Assembly (NCBI GenBank): GCA_902783605.1
Contig: CACZRU010000292.1
Location: 1-45,502 of the forward strand
Length of the DNA: 45,502 nucleotides
Direction: 5' to 3'
From: an uncultured Lachnospiraceae bacterium
GTDB taxonomy: Bacteria; Bacillota; Clostridia; Lachnospirales; Lachnospiraceae
In this document: one piece after another, positions 19,314 through 29,060 of the stretch
Numbering within the stretch: position 1 is the stretch's first letter
Layout of the letters: each line of letters begins with the position of its first letter
Notes under the pieces: model-generated
What the model saw: the letters and a program-made list of their open reading frames with translations, nothing else
Databases searched by the model: none
Told to the model about the DNA's origin: nothing
Program-made: the position numbers and the translations under genes

Positions 19314-20609
19314 ATGAAAAAAGTATATACATGTTTCTGTACAGACGTTATACATGATGGTCATATAAATATAGTTAATGAAGCAAAAAAAAGAGGAAGG
19401 GTTATTATTGGTGCTTTATCTGACAAGGCACTTATAAGATATAATAAGTTTCCAACGGTATCCCAGGAAGAAAGGGTCAAGTTGTATCGCTCAATAGATG
19501 GGGTGGATGATGTGGTTGTTCAGGACGATATGCTTTATGATGATGTTATCACCCTTGTTCAACCAGACTATATAATTCATGGGGATAATTGGCAAAGTGG
19601 ACCAGAGAAGGCTATACGAGACCATGTTGAAGAATTACTCAGTAAATATGGTGGAGAATTAGTAGATGTTCCATATACATATAATGAAAAGGTTAAGAAG
19701 ATAGATCTCCAGCTGAGAGAGAAACTTGCTATGCCTGAGTATAGAAGAAAGAGACTTAGACAGTTAATTCAGATGACTCCTATAGTAAAAACAATGGAAG
19801 CTCATTCTGGACTTACAGGTCTTATAGTTGAGAAAACTGTAGTTGAACATGAAGGCAGACTGGATCAGTTTGATGCCATGTGGGTTAGTTCTCTCTGCGA
19901 TAGTACAGCAAAAGGCAAACCGGATATTGAACTGGTAGATATGACATCAAGATTCAGAACCATAGATGATATAATGGAAGTAACTACTAAACCAATTATC
20001 TTTGATGGGGACACTGGTGGACTTACAGAGCATTTTGTTTATACAGTTCGTTCTCTTGAAAGAATGGGTGTCAGTGCAGTGATAATCGAAGATAAGAAAG
20101 GGCTTAAGAAGAACAGCCTTTTTGGTACCGAAGTTGAACAGACTCAAGCTACAATAGAAGAATTTAGTGAGAAAATCAGGGCTGGTAAAAATGCACAGCT
20201 TACGGATGATTTCATGATTATTGCTCGTATTGAGAGTTTGATTCTTGAACAGGGCATGGAAGATGCGCTGGAGAGAGCATTTTCATTTGTAGAGGCTGGC
20301 GCAGATGGTATCATGATTCATAGTCGCAAGAAAGATCCTGCTGAAATAGTCGAGTTCTGTGATAAGTTCAGAGAAAAGGATAAGATTACTCCGATAGTAG
20401 TTGTTCCATCTTCATTTAATACTATTACTGAAGCGGAGTTAGCAGAACATGGTGTTAACATAGTGATTTATGCGAATCAGTTAACAAGATCTGCCTTTCC
20501 TGCTATGCAGAAAACTGCAGAAGATATCTTAAAGTATCATAGAGCAAAGGAAGTAGATGATAGGCTTATGCCAATTAAAGATATCATTACATTGATTGAT
20601 GAACTATAA
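19314..20609 (+). CDS. pepM: Phosphoenolpyruvate mutase with N-terminal HxGH cytidylyltransferase-like domain
   Basis: PepM-diagnostic EDKKGLKKNS (EDKx5NS), plus EAHSGL, DGDTGG, ARIESL and YANQ. N-terminal IHDGH...HGDNW. The ORF is open from 19299; ATG 19314 follows GAAAGGA. Confidence 0.96.
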   Translation: MKKVYTCFCTDVIHDGHINIVNEAKKRGRVIIGALSDKALIRYNKFPTVSQEERVKLYRSIDGVDDVVVQDDMLYDDVITLVQPDYIIHGDNWQSGPEKAIRDHVEELLSKYGGELVDVPYTYNEKVKKIDLQLREKLAMPEYRRKRLRQLIQMTPIVKTMEAHSGLTGLIVEKTVVEHEGRLDQFDAMWVSSLCDSTAKGKPDIELVDMTSRFRTIDDIMEVTTKPIIFDGDTGGLTEHFVYTVRSLERMGVSAVIIEDKKGLKKNSLFGTEVEQTQATIEEFSEKIRAGKNAQLTDDFMIIARIESLILEQGMEDALERAFSFVEAGADGIMIHSRKKDPAEIVEFCDKFREKDKITPIVVVPSSFNTITEAELAEHGVNIVIYANQLTRSAFPAMQKTAEDILKYHRAKEVDDRLMPIKDIITLIDEL

Positions 20610-20641
20610 ATCATGTGTATTGGTAGAGAAAGGGACAGAAC

Positions 20642-21760
20642 ATGAATGTTGAGAAATTTGTTGAAATAATAGGTGCAGATTTTTATACAGGGGTACCAGA
20701 TAGTCAATTGAAAGCCCTCTGTGATTATTTGATGAATACATATGGGATAGATCAGAAGCATCATATCATTGCTGCAAATGAAGGAAACTGTACTGCTCTT
20801 GCTGCAGGGTATCAAATGGCTACTGGAAAAGTTCCTGTTGTATATATGCAGAATAGTGGCGAAGGAAATATCATAAACCCAGTTGCATCACTTCTTAATG
20901 ACAAGGTATATGGAATTCCTGTTATATTTGTTGTAGGCTGGAGAGGTGAACCAGGAGTACATGATGAGCCACAGCATATCTATCAGGGAGAAGTTACTGT
21001 AAAGCTTCTTGAGGATATGGGAATTAAAACATTTATTCTTAGTAAAGATACTTCAGTAGAAGAACTGAAGAATGTTATGAATGATTATCAAAAGATACTT
21101 AAGGTGGGTAAGGATGTTGCTTTTGTCATTAGAAAGGGAGCATTGGAGTATACTGAAAAGGTAGAGTATAAAAATGATAATCATATGATTCGGGAGGAGA
21201 TAATCCGTCATATAGTTGCTGCTACAGGAGAGGATTCAATTGTCAGTACGACAGGTAAAGCAAGCAGAGAACTGTTTGAGATAAGAGAAGCAAATGGTCA
21301 GGAGCATAAGTATGATTTCCTTACGGTTGGCTCTATGGGTCATGCTTCTTCAATAGCACTTGGGGTTGCAATAAACAAGCCCGAAAAAAGAATATGGTGT
21401 ATAGATGGAGATGGAGCTGCGCTGATGCATTTGGGAGCAATGGCGGTTATAGGTTCGAATGCTCCGAAGAATATGATCCATATAGTTATAAATAATGGTG
21501 CTCATGAGACGGTCGGAGGAATGCCGACAGTTGCGGGACAATTGGATATTGTTGCTATGGCAAAGGCTTGTGGTTATCCGAATGCTGTATCAGTTTCATC
21601 ATATGATGCATTGGATTCAGAGCTTAAATCAGCTAAGGAAAGAGATGAGCTGAGTTTAATTGAAATTAAATGTAATATAGGTGCTAGAGCGGATCTTGGA
21701 AGACCGACTACTACAGCGATGGAAAATAAAGAGTCTTTTGTTCAGTGGCTGAACAAATAG
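20642..21760 (+). CDS. aepY: Phosphonopyruvate decarboxylase (ThDP)
   Basis: GVPDSQL, AANEG, YMQNSG, GWRGEPGVHDEPQH, STTGKASRE, GSMGH, GDG...NN, LGRP. Confidence 0.95.
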   Translation: MNVEKFVEIIGADFYTGVPDSQLKALCDYLMNTYGIDQKHHIIAANEGNCTALAAGYQMATGKVPVVYMQNSGEGNIINPVASLLNDKVYGIPVIFVVGWRGEPGVHDEPQHIYQGEVTVKLLEDMGIKTFILSKDTSVEELKNVMNDYQKILKVGKDVAFVIRKGALEYTEKVEYKNDNHMIREEIIRHIVAATGEDSIVSTTGKASRELFEIREANGQEHKYDFLTVGSMGHASSIALGVAINKPEKRIWCIDGDGAALMHLGAMAVIGSNAPKNMIHIVINNGAHETVGGMPTVAGQLDIVAMAKACGYPNAVSVSSYDALDSELKSAKERDELSLIEIKCNIGARADLGRPTTTAMENKESFVQWLNK

Positions 21761-21863
21761 GAAGGGATTGATATATTTTTCTATTATTATAGAAGGAATT
21801 ATTAATGGATATAGAAGGAATAGAAAAAAGTCTATATGCTTCTTCAAAAATATTATTATGTGT

Positions 21864-21893
21864 TAGGAGCGGTATTTATACTGCTCCTATTTT
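21864..21893 (+). terminator. Rho-independent terminator closing the phosphonate operon
   Basis: TAGGAGCGGTAT-TT-ATACTGCTCCTA stem followed by TTTT. Confidence 0.7.
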
Positions 21894-22008
21894 ACTATAA
21901 AGAAAAGTGGAACGTGTCAATGGTTTGATTATTAAGTTAAGATTAGTTATAAATATACTAATAGTGATAGTTTAACTATGTCATTTGTGAAAAAGAAGGG
22001 AGCCCAGA

Positions 22009-23445
22009 ATGAAATCAAAGAAGACTATATCCGCCATAATAATTCTGTCTTTCTTTATAAGTCTTGCTGCAGTTTATTGCACTCCTAGTGTTGCGAAAGC
22101 TGCTGATACAACCTACACAAGAACCTACACTCAAATGGTAGATTATGATTATGGCGAGAAAAACGCGGGCTTCTATATGGTTCCGGATAAGCCGGGAAAG
22201 TACCCAGTTATATTTATGTTTCATGGGGCTGCAGAAAAAAGTTCAAACAACGGGGAATACCGTGCTTATATTATGGATACTGTAAACAAATGGGTTGCGC
22301 TTGGATATATGGACCCTATGGTTATTGTGGTTCCTAATATTGAAAGGGAACATGAAACAGATAACTGGTCATGTTACGCATTTTACTATTATGTTTCAGA
22401 AGGAAGGTTTGGGAAACTTTTAAACAAGATTAAAAGTGGTGAGTGTGAGTTTGATGATAAGGTGGATCATGACAGCAAATTCTCTGTGACTGGTTTTTCT
22501 ATGGGGGGAGTTGAATAATTGTTTATAGGTACATCCTATAAGAATGATATTCAAAACATTGGTGCATGTAGTCCTTCTTATATGTATTATCATGTGACAG
22601 GTGATAACGATGATGGTTGGATAAAGAAAAAAGATGTAAATTTTACGAGTGATCCTAATGCACATCTTTTTATGGGATATGGAGCAAATGAGGAGTCGGT
22701 GTTCCATGAGAATGTTGATAGGTACATAGGAGTATATAACGAGAATAAAACTGCGGAGCAGCAGGATTTTGTAGTATATGGCTCATATCCAGATGGGCAT
22801 AATTGGAATACATTTAGTAGAGAAATATTCTGTTTTGTATATTATATGAAATTTGATACATTGCCTGATGATGAAACTATTGAACTTGCGTGTAAGGATA
22901 GGAATCTGGATTATGGAGATGGGAAGACTGAAGAGGCTTCCGGAAAGGAATCAGGCGGTAACAAAGATATTGAAACGGCAAAAGGTTCAGATGATAAATC
23001 TGATTCTAAAGCAAAGTATTCAAATGAATGGGTTGATGGAAAGTGGTATGCTACAAATGGTGATCAGACCTATGAGGCTACGATGAGCTGGAAGTGTAAT
23101 GATACCGGCTGGTGGATAGAAGATACATCAGGTTGGTATCCTCATAGTATGTGGCAGAAAGTAGATGGTAACTGGTACTATTTTGATGAATCGGGCTATA
23201 TGGCTACTAATGAATGGCGAGATGGTTGGTGGCTTAGCTCGAATGGTGCGCTAACCTATAACGAAAAGGGTTCGTGGCAAATATCTGGTGATAGATGGTG
23301 GTTTGGTGATACATCAGGCTGGTATGCCGCTAATATGTGGCAAAAGATAAATGGCTGCTGGTACTACTTTGACAGCTTAGGTTATATTGTAACAAATCAG
23401 TATGTTGATGGATATTGGCTTGGCGCAGATGGAATATGCTGGTAA
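22009..23445 (+). pseudogene. Secreted alpha/beta-hydrolase (esterase) with C-terminal wall-binding repeats, interrupted by in-frame TAA at 22516-22518
   Basis: ORFs 22009-22518 and 22519-23445 are contiguous and in frame. Together they give a signal peptide (..VAKA|AD), KYPVIFMFHG, nucleophile elbow GFSMGG, GYG..E, GHNW and a Trp-rich tail. Confidence 0.8.
23014..23445 (+). repeat. 143-aa Trp/Tyr-rich choline-binding-like wall-binding domain, copy 1
   Basis: KYSNEWVDGKWY...WQKVDGNWYYFD.SGYM...NQYVDGYWLGADG. It aligns without gaps to 41749-42180. Confidence 0.85.
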
Positions 23446-23483
23446 ATCATCAGCTGATAGTTTATATTTTTTTGAGAGTAATT

Positions 23484-24539
23484 ATGATACTGCTAAAATT
23501 AATCATTTGCATACTAATCTTTATCGTGCTTCCAATCCTTATTGGAAGTACTCTTTTTGATGTTTTAAAAGTGGAAAAGTCGTTAGCAAAATGCTTAGTC
23601 ATTGGAATGATGACCATGTGGGCAATATGTCAGATAGTATCGATACCGATAATTATACTTAAACAGTCATTCCTATATGTTGTAATTGTATTATCTTTAT
23701 TATATCTATTTATTGTTGTTGTAGGAATAATAAAAAAATCTTATTCATATATCTATAATGGAACAATAAGAGGGGACATAAAAGCACTGTTACCGGATAA
23801 GCGAAATATATTAGGAGTGGTATTGGCTGTACTATCTCTAGCTGTCATTCTTTTTTTTAGTCTTTATCTTCAACATACAGATGCGGATGATTCCCGTATG
23901 GGAGTAAATATAGTAGATATTCTTAGAACGCATAGAATGTTTATTACAAATCCTGCTACTGGGGAGGTATTAGGTACATGGGAAGGCGAGGTCGCCAGAG
24001 ATGTCGTATCTCCTTGGCCGGTATTCATTGCATATTGTTCTTATCTAATGCAAATCCATCCAACAATAGTTAATCACACGATACTCCCAATCTTTTTATA
24101 TATCTATATCTATATAGTGTATTGGAAGATATCTGGAGAAATAATAGACAAAGGGATTGCTTATCAAGGGATATTTGTTGTTTTCCTAACACTGATCAAT
24201 ATTTATGGGTATGCATCGTTACATATTGCTGAAACTCGTGTCATGGTCAGACTATGGCAGGGAAAAACTGTAGTTTCGGGACTATGTATACCATTACTAA
24301 TATATCTATTTTTTGATATTTATAAAAATGATATAGATAAAGGGATGGTGGTTATACTGCTAATAATAGAAACTGCCATGTGTTTACTATCAGGAATGGG
24401 AATACTTATTGGTGCAATTATGGCAGGCAGTTATGGCTTGATATATGCCATCATAAAAAAAGACTGGAAGATATGTCTTAAGATGTGGCTTACTGTCATT
24501 CCATGTGTTATATGCTATGGACTCTCGTTATTTGTATAA
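23484..24539 (+). CDS. DUF6077-like polytopic membrane protein (possible GT-C)
   Basis: Many hydrophobic segments, an acidic loop HTDADDS, NPATG, HPTIVNHT, RLWQGK. The ORF is open from 23415; ATG 23484 avoids overlap. Confidence 0.6.
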   Translation: MILLKLIICILIFIVLPILIGSTLFDVLKVEKSLAKCLVIGMMTMWAICQIVSIPIIILKQSFLYVVIVLSLLYLFIVVVGIIKKSYSYIYNGTIRGDIKALLPDKRNILGVVLAVLSLAVILFFSLYLQHTDADDSRMGVNIVDILRTHRMFITNPATGEVLGTWEGEVARDVVSPWPVFIAYCSYLMQIHPTIVNHTILPIFLYIYIYIVYWKISGEIIDKGIAYQGIFVVFLTLINIYGYASLHIAETRVMVRLWQGKTVVSGLCIPLLIYLFFDIYKNDIDKGMVVILLIIETAMCLLSGMGILIGAIMAGSYGLIYAIIKKDWKICLKMWLTVIPCVICYGLSLFV

Positions 24540-24553
24540 GGAAAGAATATAAT

Positions 24554-25315
24554 ATGTCAATTTGTATAACAGAAATGATTAACTGGATAAAGGATTATTA
24601 CGGAGATGCCATATTCCTTACTATGGCTCTGTTTTCATGTGCGTATCTCTATGTCTATAGTACGAAGGTGAAAAAAGCAATAATATATCCATCTGCGTTT
24701 ATTCTTTTTCTGTTACTTAATCCTGTTCTGTATAAACTGATATTTAAAGCTGGAAGATATTGGAGGTTCTTCTGGATGCTGCCAAATGCTATTTTAATAG
24801 CGTCTGCGATTACATTTCTTGTCATTAAAAGCGAAAAGAAAATCAATAAAATTATTGTTATAGCAATATTTTCAATATTTATAGTAGTCAAGGGAACAAA
24901 TGTGTATCAGAATGCTGGATTTGTAAAAACACAGAATATGTACAAACTAAGCGAAGATACAGTAGCTGTATGTGATGTTATACTCGAATATGATTCATCG
25001 CCTAGATGTATTATGCCAAGTACACTTTTTTGCGAGGCAAGACAATATAATGGAAATATAACTCTGCTATATGGAAGAGATGTACAAGGATATATAATGG
25101 GTGTTTCTGATGATATAAGGAGTGTGTATTCAAGTATGGAAAGCGAGACACCTGATTATAGTTTTATACTTGAAAAAGCAACTGATGGAGGATATGGATT
25201 TGTTGTAACTTATGACTCAAAACCAATAGAAGATAACGTGCTGGATACATATGGATATAATATTATTCAATCTACTAATGGTTATAAAATATACTATAAT
25301 TCATTTGATAATTGA
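24554..25315 (+). CDS. Membrane protein with C-terminal soluble domain (probable partner of the DUF6077-like gene)
   Basis: NP..Y, YWRFFWMLP, NMYKL, RQYNGNI.LLYGR. The ORF is open from 24485. Confidence 0.55.
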   Translation: MSICITEMINWIKDYYGDAIFLTMALFSCAYLYVYSTKVKKAIIYPSAFILFLLLNPVLYKLIFKAGRYWRFFWMLPNAILIASAITFLVIKSEKKINKIIVIAIFSIFIVVKGTNVYQNAGFVKTQNMYKLSEDTVAVCDVILEYDSSPRCIMPSTLFCEARQYNGNITLLYGRDVQGYIMGVSDDIRSVYSSMESETPDYSFILEKATDGGYGFVVTYDSKPIEDNVLDTYGYNIIQSTNGYKIYYNSFDN

Positions 25316-25401
25316 AAGATAGCATATAAGAATCAATATTTTGAATTATAAATTTTTTATAAGAATAATAGTATATATAAAAAGAAGAAAGGGCATAGTC
25401 A

Positions 25402-26652
25402 TTGAATAAGACTAAATATCTTATCATTGGTTCAGGGGTTAGTGGACTAACCTGTGCCATGAATTTGAAGGATGATTATTTAATTATAGAAAAGGAAGAT
25501 AGACCTGGTGGTCTTTGTAAATCATTTTACCAGGATGGATTTGTATGGGATTATGCTGGGCATTTTTTTCATTTTGCAACTTCAGAAATAAAAGCATTCT
25601 TTGAAAATGGAATCAGCACTGATAATATGGTAAAGAACGTAAAGAATACAAATATAAACTATGATGGGACAATAATAGATTATCCTTTTCAGATGAATAT
25701 TCACCAGCTTCCGAAGAATGATTTTATTGATTGTCTCTATGAGCTTTTTCATCGTGAAGAGAAGGAGAAATATAGTAGCTTTGAAGATATGCTCTATGGT
25801 AAATTTGGAAAGGGAATAACTGAAAGGTTTCTGAAACCATATAATGAAAAGCTATACGCCTGTAATCTTAATGAGCTTGATACAGATGCTATGGGGCGGT
25901 TTTTTCCTTATGCTAATCTAGGACAGATTATTGATAACATGAAGAAAAGTACTGTTAATACATACAATAGTACTTTTGATTATCCTAGACAGGGTGCACA
26001 GTTTTTTATTGATTTAATACTAAAACAAATTGATAAGAGCAGGTTGTTACTCAATTCAAAAGTTACATTGGTTGATCTGCAGAATAAGTTTGTTATTGTA
26101 AATGGGGAGAAAATGGAATATGAAGTTCTTATTAATACCATTCCTCTTAACCATTTTGTCCGTCTTCTTCCTGAAGATCACCAAGAATTATTAGAGACGC
26201 TTTCATGTAACAAAGTGCTTGTGATTAATCTTGGCTTTGATAAGCAATCAGAGAATACGTCAACGCACTGGACATACTTTCCAATGAAAAATTGTAATTT
26301 TTATCGTGCAGGATATTATAGTAATATTCTGCGCACAGATAGGTTAAGTATGTATATTGAAATTGGTTATAAGGAAAATGATGAAATTGACATAGATGAA
26401 CAGCTAAGGCTAACACTTGAAAATCTTAGAAAATTTGGAATTATAACAGATCATAAGCTGTTGGCACATAATACACTGGTGATTAATCCAGGTTATGTTC
26501 ATATTACTAAAGAATCAAATAAGAAAGTTGCAGAGTTTAAGGAGCAGATTAAAACTAAGAATGCGTATACTATAGGTCGATATGGTGGCTGGACATATTG
26601 TTCAATAGAAGATTGTATGGTTCAAGCTAACAGTCTATCTAAGATAATATAA
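25402..26652 (+). CDS. FAD-dependent oxidoreductase, NDP-pyranose mutase-like (non-Glf type)
   Basis: IIGSGVSGL (GxGxxG), GGLCKS..DGFVWDYAGHFFH, PYNEKL, F.YP..G, GRYGGW.Y. Confidence 0.72.
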   Translation: MNKTKYLIIGSGVSGLTCAMNLKDDYLIIEKEDRPGGLCKSFYQDGFVWDYAGHFFHFATSEIKAFFENGISTDNMVKNVKNTNINYDGTIIDYPFQMNIHQLPKNDFIDCLYELFHREEKEKYSSFEDMLYGKFGKGITERFLKPYNEKLYACNLNELDTDAMGRFFPYANLGQIIDNMKKSTVNTYNSTFDYPRQGAQFFIDLILKQIDKSRLLLNSKVTLVDLQNKFVIVNGEKMEYEVLINTIPLNHFVRLLPEDHQELLETLSCNKVLVINLGFDKQSENTSTHWTYFPMKNCNFYRAGYYSNILRTDRLSMYIEIGYKENDEIDIDEQLRLTLENLRKFGIITDHKLLAHNTLVINPGYVHITKESNKKVAEFKEQIKTKNAYTIGRYGGWTYCSIEDCMVQANSLSKII

Positions 26653-26726
26653 ACTTGATAAAAAGATGTGAATTATTATAAGAACTAATGAGTGATATAG
26701 GTGATTGAAAGTAAAGGACTCTGTTT

Positions 26727-27965
26727 ATGGAAAAAGTAAGTATTTATGTTGCGACACATAAGAAAATGAACTATTCTTTGCCGCCTATATATAAATTGTG
26801 CCAGGTTAATGCAGCGTTGACTGGACATTGGGGTGGTTATGTGCATGATGATGAAAATACAGATAATATTTCAACGAAGAATTATTGTTATTGTGAACTT
26901 ACTGCTCAATATAGTTTGTGGAAAAATAATAATAGTGAAATCAAAGGATTAGCACATTATAGAAGATTTTTTTCCAATGTTGAATTTCCGACATTTACAC
27001 AATATGTATATAACAGAATTGATAGTGAGAAAATCAAAGAGTCAATTATAACTGCAAATCAGATACAAACATACTTAAATGATTATGACATAATACTACA
27101 GTGGCCAAGAAGTCCGTATTATACAAGTGCATATGAGGATCTGACTCAATTTGTGTATCCTAAAGATATTGAAGTACTTATCTCAGTGATTGAAAACAGT
27201 TTTCCTGAGTATGGAGAATATTTGAAAAATACACTCTCAAAGATAGGAATAAGTTACTTGAATATGTTTATAGCCAAAAGAGAGATATTTGATCAGTATA
27301 GCGAATGGCTTTTTACGGTTTTGGGCGAAGTAGAGAAAAAGACAGATATATTGAATTATGACACTCAGCATAAACGTATATATGGATATCTTGCAGAAGT
27401 GCTTCTTAATGTATATGTGCAACATCATAAATACAAGATAAAATATGTGTATATAACAGAGTTGTTGGAAAACAGTGAAAATAAAGCGCCTAGTTTAACT
27501 AAATATATTCCTCAAATTCTGAAAAATGTAAGGATGAGGATACGAACTGATAATTATAGAAGGTATGATTACCTTTGTAGAATAGCTGCCATGAAGGCAG
27601 AAGATGATTTTCTTGATAATTTCTATAGCAACATTAGTTCTTATAATGATGTTTTACATTGGATGAAAAAATATAAGAGGTTTAATTCGACAATCAAGAA
27701 ACTAAAAGTGGGTGATAGATATGTTTTATATGTCGAAAGTATTACTCATGAAAATATGCAAAGAAAAGGTAATGGAGCAATATGTATTGTACATATTATC
27801 GTGGATATAGATGAATATATAAACAGGATTATTTCCAGATTATACGATATATATTCTGACGATTACACACTTAACATAAGAATTATTAATCAAGGAGATA
27901 CTCCTTTGAGAGATATCAGGGATAAAAGCGGGAAAAAATGCTATATCATTAATTGTAGTAAGTAA
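26727..27965 (+). CDS. DUF4422 (GT111-type) probable galactofuranosyltransferase with C-terminal extension
   Basis: IYVATHK, DNISTKNYCYCELTAQYSLWKN, GLAHYRRFF, NMFI, YSEWLF.VL, R.YGYLAE. Confidence 0.85.
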   Translation: MEKVSIYVATHKKMNYSLPPIYKLCQVNAALTGHWGGYVHDDENTDNISTKNYCYCELTAQYSLWKNNNSEIKGLAHYRRFFSNVEFPTFTQYVYNRIDSEKIKESIITANQIQTYLNDYDIILQWPRSPYYTSAYEDLTQFVYPKDIEVLISVIENSFPEYGEYLKNTLSKIGISYLNMFIAKREIFDQYSEWLFTVLGEVEKKTDILNYDTQHKRIYGYLAEVLLNVYVQHHKYKIKYVYITELLENSENKAPSLTKYIPQILKNVRMRIRTDNYRRYDYLCRIAAMKAEDDFLDNFYSNISSYNDVLHWMKKYKRFNSTIKKLKVGDRYVLYVESITHENMQRKGNGAICIVHIIVDIDEYINRIISRLYDIYSDDYTLNIRIINQGDTPLRDIRDKSGKKCYIINCSK

Positions 27966-28037
27966 CATTAAATAAATATAATTAATGAATTTTGATTGGA
28001 ATAATAAGACTATTTATAGGTTAAAGGTAGTTGATAA

Positions 28038-29021
28038 ATGGAAACTATTAAGAAATTTCTAAAGAACAATCCAATAACAAGAGTTCCATATGGATATTTA
28101 AAGAGTATCAAAGACGCAATAATTAGGGACAATTATTTTCGGTATAATGGTCATTTTGATAATAGATCAAAGGGCTATCAAAAGATGTGTGTAATTCTTG
28201 CGGGATACAAGCCATTTTTATACAATGTGGTTTTTTCTAGAATAAAGGCATATCTTCCTAAGGATATTGATGTATGTGTTGTGTCTTCTGGGGTGTTTTC
28301 TAAAAAACTATCATTAATGTGCAAAAAGAACAAGTGGTCGTATTTGAGTACAAGAGAGAATGATGTAAATCTTGTTCAAAATGTTGCCATTAATCTGCAT
28401 CCTAATGCAAAGTATATATATAAACTTGATGAAGATATCTTTATTACGGAAGGTTATTTTGATCGATTATTTGATGCATATCTTAGGGCTAAAGATGGAG
28501 ATTATAACCCTGGAGTTATTGCCCCACTCTTGCTGATTCATGGATTTTCATCACTACGGATCCTAGATAAATTAGGGGTAAGAAAAGAATTTAATGAAAG
28601 ATTTGGTTCAATCAAGTATGAGTCTGGAGCACAAAAACTGCCTGCAATTGAAAGCGATGCTAAAGTTGCAAGGTTCCTATGGGGAGAAGGTGGGATTATT
28701 CCTTCTATAGATGAAATAAATCGTTTGTTTTATAGTCAGGAACCAAAAGAAACTCCATGTCCGATTAGATTTGGCATAGGTGCGATAATGTTTGAACGTG
28801 ACATCTGGGAACAGATGCATTATTTTGATGTAAACAGAAAAGATAAAGATATGATGGGAAGAGATGAAGTTAAATTATGCCAATACTGTATGATTAATTC
28901 TAGACCAATTATGGTTTCTGAAAATATTGTTGCTGGGCATTTCTCCTTTGGAAAGCAGACGGAGGGAATGAAAGAGTATTATTTTCAGAATCCTGATAGG
29001 TTTGTGCTAAAGAAAGAGTAG
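28038..29021 (+). CDS. Probable GT-A fold glycosyltransferase of uncertain family
   Basis: YIYKLDEDIFI (DxD), IGAIMFER.IW, DE, GHFSFG, inside a glycan operon. Confidence 0.55.
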   Translation: METIKKFLKNNPITRVPYGYLKSIKDAIIRDNYFRYNGHFDNRSKGYQKMCVILAGYKPFLYNVVFSRIKAYLPKDIDVCVVSSGVFSKKLSLMCKKNKWSYLSTRENDVNLVQNVAINLHPNAKYIYKLDEDIFITEGYFDRLFDAYLRAKDGDYNPGVIAPLLLIHGFSSLRILDKLGVRKEFNERFGSIKYESGAQKLPAIESDAKVARFLWGEGGIIPSIDEINRLFYSQEPKETPCPIRFGIGAIMFERDIWEQMHYFDVNRKDKDMMGRDEVKLCQYCMINSRPIMVSENIVAGHFSFGKQTEGMKEYYFQNPDRFVLKKE

Positions 29022-29060
29022 GATATACAGAGTTATAATAATTAGAGGACATTAGAAATT

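Noticed and set aside
19314-21760. Phosphonate antibiotic cluster
   Set aside because: No NRPS, ATP-grasp or resistance genes; the context is entirely glycan synthesis.
22516-22518. Programmed recoding (Sec/Pyl/readthrough) of the internal stop
   Set aside because: The codon is TAA, which is used as a normal stop throughout the window, and no recoding signal is visible.
25402-26652. Protoporphyrinogen oxidase (HemY)
   Set aside because: Only the FAD fold is shared; there are no heme genes and the context is furanose glycan synthesis.
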